Shown piece after piece: positions 34,487 to 39,231 of a stretch of 39,231 nucleotides of DNA. The stretch lies in contig JBGSNL010000029.1 of assembly GCA_041739675.1 (NCBI GenBank), positions 1 to 39,231 of the forward strand, in the 5' to 3' direction. The stretch is from a bacterium. GTDB lineage: Bacteria; UBA10199; 2-02-FULL-44-16; DYJF01. Within the stretch, counting starts at the first letter, position 1, and each line of letters opens with the position of its first letter. Below the pieces are notes generated by a model, which saw only the letters and a program-made list of their open reading frames with translations, was not told where the DNA came from and searched no databases. Made by a program: the position numbers and the translations under genes.

Positions 34487-35557
34487 ATGAAAAACGAGAA
34501 CGTGAAGACCATGGTTTTCTTGATGTGTCTGCTTGCCTTGCTGATTTTTCCCAGTCTTTCTCTAAGAAATGCGTATGCCGTGGAAGAAACTCCATACGTG
34601 GAATTGTCGCATTGGTCTTTGGTAACTGACGCCGAAGCGGAGCATTTTCCATGGACTCATTCCATCGCACCATATGAGACAGGAATAGCGGTCGATAGTT
34701 CGGGTAAAATTTACGTTTCACTTCCAGATCTTTTCAAAATAAAAAAATATTCATCCGACGGTGCAATCGAAGGAACATGGGTGTACGCGACATCAACGAC
34801 TAATTCTGAGATAATGGCTGTTGGAACTAATGGCGCCTACAGTGCTTATAACAGTGAAGTTAGAAGAATTCCATTTGATGGCACAGAATTCAGTTTTGAT
34901 GCCGGGGATTTGTTCATAGCTGGTCTAACGTTCGATAATGCGGGCAATATTCTTTTAACCGATGATAGAAGCTGGCAAATATCCAAATATAGTACTACAG
35001 GGGTACTCTTGGAACGATTTCGTTTGAGTCCTTCCAGCTTTGCTCCTGGTGGTGGATGGCTTCACCATAGTGACATCGCCGTCGGGAGAGACGGTCTGAT
35101 GTATGTATTGGATACGCGAACTGAACATGATGGGACTGGTAGGGCATTGGGGTATCGTCTGTCCGTAATCGTGTACAATCCGGTCAGTACGACCAATAGT
35201 GTGATTGACTTGGGTCTGCCTGAATTCGGGTGCGGGGTTGAGACAACAGAGTTTTATAAGCTACGCCGGTCGAGCTTGGCGCTGGATCAGCATGGATATT
35301 TATATGTTTATTGCTCCGCTCCAACAAGAAGCATAATAAAAGTGCGAAACGACGGCAGTGCCGTGCTCAAGTATACTTCCGTTCCCCAAGTTGATGATAT
35401 GACAATTTACGGAGACAATTTATATATACTTGACAGCTATAATAATGTGTACAAGTCCGCTTTAAGAAGTGAGCCGGCAGTGACGATCCCATCTGTGGAT
35501 TTCAGAAAACCGATCACGGCGCCGGTGAAAATACCGCCACGGGCTATGCCGAGGTAG
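34487..35557 (+). CDS. Secreted NHL-like beta-propeller protein (paralog B)
   Basis: Signal peptide; GIAVDSSGKIY / LTFDNAGNIL / IAVGRDGLMY / LALDQHGYLY; Pro-rich tail; collinear with 17616-18650. Confidence 0.78.
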   Translation: MKNENVKTMVFLMCLLALLIFPSLSLRNAYAVEETPYVELSHWSLVTDAEAEHFPWTHSIAPYETGIAVDSSGKIYVSLPDLFKIKKYSSDGAIEGTWVYATSTTNSEIMAVGTNGAYSAYNSEVRRIPFDGTEFSFDAGDLFIAGLTFDNAGNILLTDDRSWQISKYSTTGVLLERFRLSPSSFAPGGGWLHHSDIAVGRDGLMYVLDTRTEHDGTGRALGYRLSVIVYNPVSTTNSVIDLGLPEFGCGVETTEFYKLRRSSLALDQHGYLYVYCSAPTRSIIKVRNDGSAVLKYTSVPQVDDMTIYGDNLYILDSYNNVYKSALRSEPAVTIPSVDFRKPITAPVKIPPRAMPR

Positions 35558-35573
35558 ATAGGTCAGCCACGCT

Positions 35574-35602
35574 AAAGCCCCCGCGCATCCGGGGGCTTTT
35601 TT
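35574..35602 (+). terminator. Intrinsic terminator of beta-propeller gene B
   Basis: AAAGCCCCCG-CGCATC-CGGGGGCTTTTTT. Confidence 0.85.
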
Positions 35603-35603
35603 G

Positions 35604-35633
35604 TTGACATATTATATTGCATATATATAATAT
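35604..35633 (+). promoter_or_regulatory. Sigma-70 promoter with overlapping palindromic operator for the TA operon
   Basis: TTGACA (35604) N16 TATAAT (35626); inverted repeat ATATTATAT (35609) / ATATAATAT (35625). Confidence 0.75.
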
Positions 35634-35638
35634 AGTAT

Positions 35639-35911
35639 ATGTGGCGAGTGAGGGAGCACCGGCGGGTTGAGAAGGTATTGAAAAAGGCGCCGCGACAGGT
35701 ACAAGTTAATTACGTTGCGTGGAAAAGGATTGTAGAGCTTGAGGGCCCCTGGGGGCTGAAGGCAATTAAAGGGTTTCATGACGAGGCATTGAAAGGCGAA
35801 TGGCAGGGGTTTCATTCGTCGCGGCTCGGCAAACAATGGCGAGTAATCTATTGCGTGGAAAAGGATGAATTCATAGTCTATGTTGTCGAGGTCAACCCTC
35901 ACGAATATTGA
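35639..35911 (+). CDS. RelE-superfamily toxin (HigB/YafQ-like)
   Basis: 90 aa; FHDEALKGEWQGFHSSRLGKQWRVIY...VVEVNPHEY; upstream of an HTH gene. Confidence 0.85.
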   Translation: MWRVREHRRVEKVLKKAPRQVQVNYVAWKRIVELEGPWGLKAIKGFHDEALKGEWQGFHSSRLGKQWRVIYCVEKDEFIVYVVEVNPHEY

Positions 35912-35922
35912 GAGGATGTCAC

Positions 35923-36204
35923 ATGAAAAAGATAAAAAAAGATGAGTTCGTCGAAGCGAAGGACACGGTGCATGTTTCTCCGGGGGCGATGCTTGCTTCT
36001 TTAAGAGAGCTGCAGGGATTATCGCAAAACGATTTGGCCAAAATGACGGGCATCGCACAGGCCAACATTTCAAGCATGGAGAAGGGTCGCCAGACAATAG
36101 GCACGGAAAGGGCCGTCATTCTTGCAAAGGCGCTTCATGTCCATCCGGCGGTGATTCTCTTTCCAAACTACGAAGTTGATTTCAAAACCAAAAAAGCAGC
36201 ATAG
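35923..36204 (+). CDS. XRE-family HTH antitoxin (HigA-like)
   Basis: SPGAMLASLRELQGLSQNDLAKMTGIAQANISSMEKGRQTIGTERAVILAKALHVHP. Confidence 0.85.
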   Translation: MKKIKKDEFVEAKDTVHVSPGAMLASLRELQGLSQNDLAKMTGIAQANISSMEKGRQTIGTERAVILAKALHVHPAVILFPNYEVDFKTKKAA

Positions 36205-36218
36205 TTGCCATCTTAAAT

Positions 36219-37385
36219 ATGCGTCTGCCCCTTTCAGGTCGGATAGAAATCAATCGTAACGAGTTTGCGGGGAGTTTTGGCGATATCGGCACGGATCTGC
36301 CGCTAATCGTTGGAATGGTCTTTGCCTGCGGGCTGGACGGCGCCTCCGCGCTCGTCATGTTCGGCCTCATGCAGATCATGACGGGCTTGGTTTACGGCAT
36401 CCCGATGCCGGTCCAGCCGCTCAAGGCGATGGCCGTCATAATGATATCGCAAAAACTCTCGGGCAATTTGCTCTACGGTGCGGGGCTGGCCATCGGTGTT
36501 ACGATGCTCATTCTAACGATGACCGGCCTTCTTTCATGGCTCGCCCGCGTAATACCCAAATGTGTTGTGAGAGGGATCCAGCTTGGCCTTGGAATATCTC
36601 TCGCGATGCTCGCCCTCAAAAATTACGTCCAGGCCGATGGCATGTTGGGCTACGCGATTGCGGCGGCGAGCTTCATCCTGATAATTGCCCTGCGCGGCAA
36701 CAAAAAATATCCGCCGGCCCTTTTTGTGATCCTTTTGGGAATAGTGTACGCGATACTATTCAGGCTCGATTTCCTGAAGATTGCCAATAGTTTCGGACTG
36801 ACGTTGCCGGTGCCTCATCTCCCATCGTTCTCAGATATTGCCACCGGTTTTCTTGTGCTGGCGCTTCCGCAGCTTCCGCTGTCGATATCCAACTCCGTGG
36901 TCGCCACAAAGCAGACGGTTGCAGATCTCTTTCCCGGAAATGAAATACCGGTCAAAAAAATCGGCATCACGTATTCGATAATGAACCTCGTAAATCCTTT
37001 CTTGAGCGGAATCCCCACCTGCCACGGGGCGGGCGGTCTTGCGGGTCATTTTGCGTTCGGAGCGCGCACGGGCGGCTCGGTGATAATATATGGCACGATC
37101 TATCTTCTGATCGGTCTCTTATTCGGAAGGGCCTTTTCGGAAGTGGTAAAGGTCTTCCCGCTTCCGGTTCTGGGCGTCATCCTTCTCTTTGAAGGTCTGG
37201 CGCTCATGTCTTTCATAAGAGATCAGGCATCAAAGAAGAGCGATCTTTTCATAGCGCTTCTGGTCGCCGCTATTGCAGTCGGCCTTCCGCAAGGGTATGT
37301 TGTGGGCCTCATAGTCGGAACAGCGGTGTATTATCTTTCAAAGTGGGGTCTATATGAACGAGGCGGTAATACTTCAGGCAGTTAG
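36219..37385 (+). CDS. MOT1-family molybdate (or sulfate) transporter
   Basis: GSFGDIGTDLP, PMPVQPLKAMA, VVRGIQLGLG, PQLPLSISNSV, PTCHGAGGLAGHFAFGARTG; many TM helices. Confidence 0.82.
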   Translation: MRLPLSGRIEINRNEFAGSFGDIGTDLPLIVGMVFACGLDGASALVMFGLMQIMTGLVYGIPMPVQPLKAMAVIMISQKLSGNLLYGAGLAIGVTMLILTMTGLLSWLARVIPKCVVRGIQLGLGISLAMLALKNYVQADGMLGYAIAAASFILIIALRGNKKYPPALFVILLGIVYAILFRLDFLKIANSFGLTLPVPHLPSFSDIATGFLVLALPQLPLSISNSVVATKQTVADLFPGNEIPVKKIGITYSIMNLVNPFLSGIPTCHGAGGLAGHFAFGARTGGSVIIYGTIYLLIGLLFGRAFSEVVKVFPLPVLGVILLFEGLALMSFIRDQASKKSDLFIALLVAAIAVGLPQGYVVGLIVGTAVYYLSKWGLYERGGNTSGS

Positions 37386-38511
37386 GAGCCCCATGGGGCG
37401 CTCCCACAAGGGTTCATTCATCTATACGCGCATCGACGACCTGGGCGCTCAGGTGATGAGGGGGCTTTTGAACAGGCTTCCCGCGATCGATCCCGCCGTG
37501 ATCGAAGACGTGATAATCGGCTGCGCGATGCCTGAGGGGGAGCAGGGCCTTAACGTCGCGCGCAACCTGACTTTCCTGGCCGGACTTCCGCTCACCTGCG
37601 GCGGCGCCACGGTGAACCGCTTCTGCGCATCCTCGCTCGAGACGATAAACATAGCTGCCCAGTATGTGATGTGCGGAAACGGTGAGGTCTTTCTCTCCGG
37701 CGGCATCGAAACGATGACCCACATCCCGATGGGCGGATTCAATCCGAGCCTCAATGAAAAGCTGATGCAGCCCAATGCCCCCGATGCCTACATCGGAATG
37801 GGCGCCACCGCCGAAAATCTTGCGAAGCGCCATCATATTCTGCGCGACGAGCAGGATAAGTTCGCGTTCATGTCGCACCGCAAGGCGGTTTCGGCGCAGC
37901 AGCAGGGAAACTTCGATGCGGAGATCATTCCAGTTGAGGCGGTGATGGCCGACGGGACGCTCAAGGTGATCTCCAAAGACGAAGGCCCTCGCGTCGACAC
38001 GTCGCTTGAGGCGCTGGCAAAGCTCAAGCCCGCCTTCGATGCGGACGGAACCGTCACAGCTGGAAATTCCTCACCTCTCACAGACGGCGCGGCAATGGCG
38101 ATCATCGCATCCAAATCGTTTGCCAAGAAGATGAAGATAAAACCGATCGCGAGAATTATTTCCACTGCTGTTGCCGGAGTCGATCCCGCAATCATGGGAA
38201 TCGGCCCGGTTTATGCGGTTCCCAAGGCGCTGCAGCGCGCTGGCATGAAGCTCAAAGACATCGACCTCATCGAAGAGAACGAGGCGTTCGCGGCGCAGAC
38301 CATCGCGGTGATAAGGGAGCTGGGTATCGATGAAGCAAAGCTCAACGTTCACGGCGGCGCGATTGCGCTGGGTCACCCGCTGGGTGCTTCAGGCGCAAGA
38401 CTTATGGCAACACTCCTGCATGCGATGGAGGAGAGGAACGCTTCCACCGGCATGGCGACGATGTGTGTCGGCGGCGGCCAGGCGGTCGCAACAATCGTGG
38501 AGCGAATTTGA
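37354..38511 (+). CDS. Thiolase (acetyl-CoA C-acyltransferase)
   Basis: TVNRFCASS, MGATAENLA, TAGNSSPLTDGAA, NEAFAAQ, GGAIALGHPLGASG, MCVGGG. Confidence 0.93.
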   Translation: MNEAVILQAVRSPMGRSHKGSFIYTRIDDLGAQVMRGLLNRLPAIDPAVIEDVIIGCAMPEGEQGLNVARNLTFLAGLPLTCGGATVNRFCASSLETINIAAQYVMCGNGEVFLSGGIETMTHIPMGGFNPSLNEKLMQPNAPDAYIGMGATAENLAKRHHILRDEQDKFAFMSHRKAVSAQQQGNFDAEIIPVEAVMADGTLKVISKDEGPRVDTSLEALAKLKPAFDADGTVTAGNSSPLTDGAAMAIIASKSFAKKMKIKPIARIISTAVAGVDPAIMGIGPVYAVPKALQRAGMKLKDIDLIEENEAFAAQTIAVIRELGIDEAKLNVHGGAIALGHPLGASGARLMATLLHAMEERNASTGMATMCVGGGQAVATIVERI

Positions 38512-38535
38512 TTTTTTGCCACTTTGAACAACTTT

Positions 38536-38562
38536 TGTCATTCTGAGCGAAGCGAAGAATCC
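38536..38562. repeat. REP-like half unit upstream of the GIY-YIG gene
   Basis: TGTCATTCTGAGCGAAGCGAAGAATCC, 25/27 identical to 3734-3760. Confidence 0.8.
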
Positions 38563-38563
38563 A

Positions 38564-38851
38564 ATGCGTACAGGAAAGTATTACGTTTACATACTGACAA
38601 ACAAATCCAAGACGCTTTATGTGGGTGTAACAAATGATCTTGAAAGACGAATTTACGAGCATAAGAACAAATTGGTAGAGGGTTTTGCGAGCAAATATAA
38701 TCTTACAAAATTAGCGTATTTTGAAGAGACAAATAGTGCGGAGTCTGCAATTTCTCGTGAAAAACAACTAAAAGGATGGTTGAGGAGGAAAAAGGTTGCC
38801 TTGATAGAATCGATGAATCCCGATTGGAAGGATTTGAGTTTGTCACTCTGA
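38564..38851 (+). CDS. GIY-YIG nuclease family protein (small, UPF0213-like)
   Basis: YYVYILTN..TLYVGVTNDLERRIYEHK...LAYFE...AISREKQLKGW.R.KK..LIE..NP.W.DL. Confidence 0.9.
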   Translation: MRTGKYYVYILTNKSKTLYVGVTNDLERRIYEHKNKLVEGFASKYNLTKLAYFEETNSAESAISREKQLKGWLRRKKVALIESMNPDWKDLSLSL

Positions 38852-38877
38852 ACGAAGTGAAGAGTCTGCGAAGACTC
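38841..38877. repeat. REP-like unit overlapping the GIY-YIG stop
   Basis: TGTCACTCTGAACGAAGTGAAGAGTCT followed by a partial inverted arm AGACTCT. Confidence 0.75.
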
Positions 38878-38925
38878 TCGTCCGATTTCGGTACACTACC
38901 TGCCGCGGGGCTTATGAACTTCAAG

Positions 38926-39124
38926 AAAATAATCGGGTAATCCAGCTTGGAGACCTGGAAATCAAATTTCCAGGCTGAAAGCTCAAGCCGACTCAAAGTC
39001 GGCTGAGGACAGCGCTTAGCAGACGAAACCCATGCTGTTATTCAGCCTGCTTTAGCTGGCTTCTGCTCTTAGCTTGAGAATTTGATTCTCAAGCCCTCCC
39101 GCGGAGGTTACCGGATTAAATTTT
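38926..39124. other. Multi-hairpin intergenic element, candidate structured RNA or DNA
   Basis: Three perfect hairpins with 3-nt loops and an enclosing stem AATCGGGTAA/TTACCGGATT; no credible ORF. Confidence 0.4.
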
Positions 39125-39231
39125 CAAACTTCATTGTAGCTGATCTGCTGGTAATGGATTCCAGGAACAGATTGAACGGATGTAGACTTTATTGCTGCGG
39201 CAAGATTATGCCGGTCGAGAGGCCAATCCGC
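39124..39231 (-). CDS. Possible 3' end of a gene entering from the right edge
   Basis: Only an open frame (ADWPLDRHNLAAAIKSTSVQSVPGIHYQQISYNEV*); no recognisable motif. Confidence 0.3.
   Translation of the reverse strand, partial: ADWPLDRHNLAAAIKSTSVQSVPGIHYQQISYNEV

Noticed and set aside
39003..39030. Hammerhead-like CTGAGGA...GAAA
   Set aside because: The intervening sequence does not form stem II (its terminal bases C and C cannot pair).
38930..39117. Glycine or c-di-GMP-I riboswitch identity for the hairpin cluster
   Set aside because: Only short fragmentary resemblance; length and core motifs do not fit.

Overview
Gene-dense bacterial chromosomal window of moderately high GC; the lineage cannot be fixed from sequence alone. 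In order, it holds: a heavy-metal RND adaptor plus TolC; a nucleobase-catabolism cluster (cyclic amidohydrolase, YgeY, YgeW-like carbamoyltransferase, PreT/PreA-like dehydrogenase, threonine-synthase-like PLP enzyme); a tolQRAB-ppx operon ending in a gene with eukaryotic PRMT motifs; an AAA/DUF4143 ATPase; murI, ctpA, a probably PPi-dependent pfk, kbl and tdh; an isochorismatase/TrxB-like/RlmN-like radical SAM operon; a DRG-like GTPase; an ABC exporter fused to a degenerate GGDEF domain; tRNA-Ile(CAT); zinc-ribbon protein, RNase HI and an atypical RNase P RNA; a HEAT protein; a HigBA-like TA pair; a MOT1 transporter; a thiolase; and a GIY-YIG nuclease bracketed by palindromic repeats. The most striking unexplained structure is a pair of paralogous AT-richer secreted beta-propeller genes about 16 kb apart. 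Each has a sigma-54-type promoter directly abutting a simple-sequence tract ((GT)12 or G10) and a near-identical terminator. Several palindromic or MITE-like elements and a multi-hairpin candidate ncRNA near the right end are also present. No CRISPR array, rRNA or transposase was seen.
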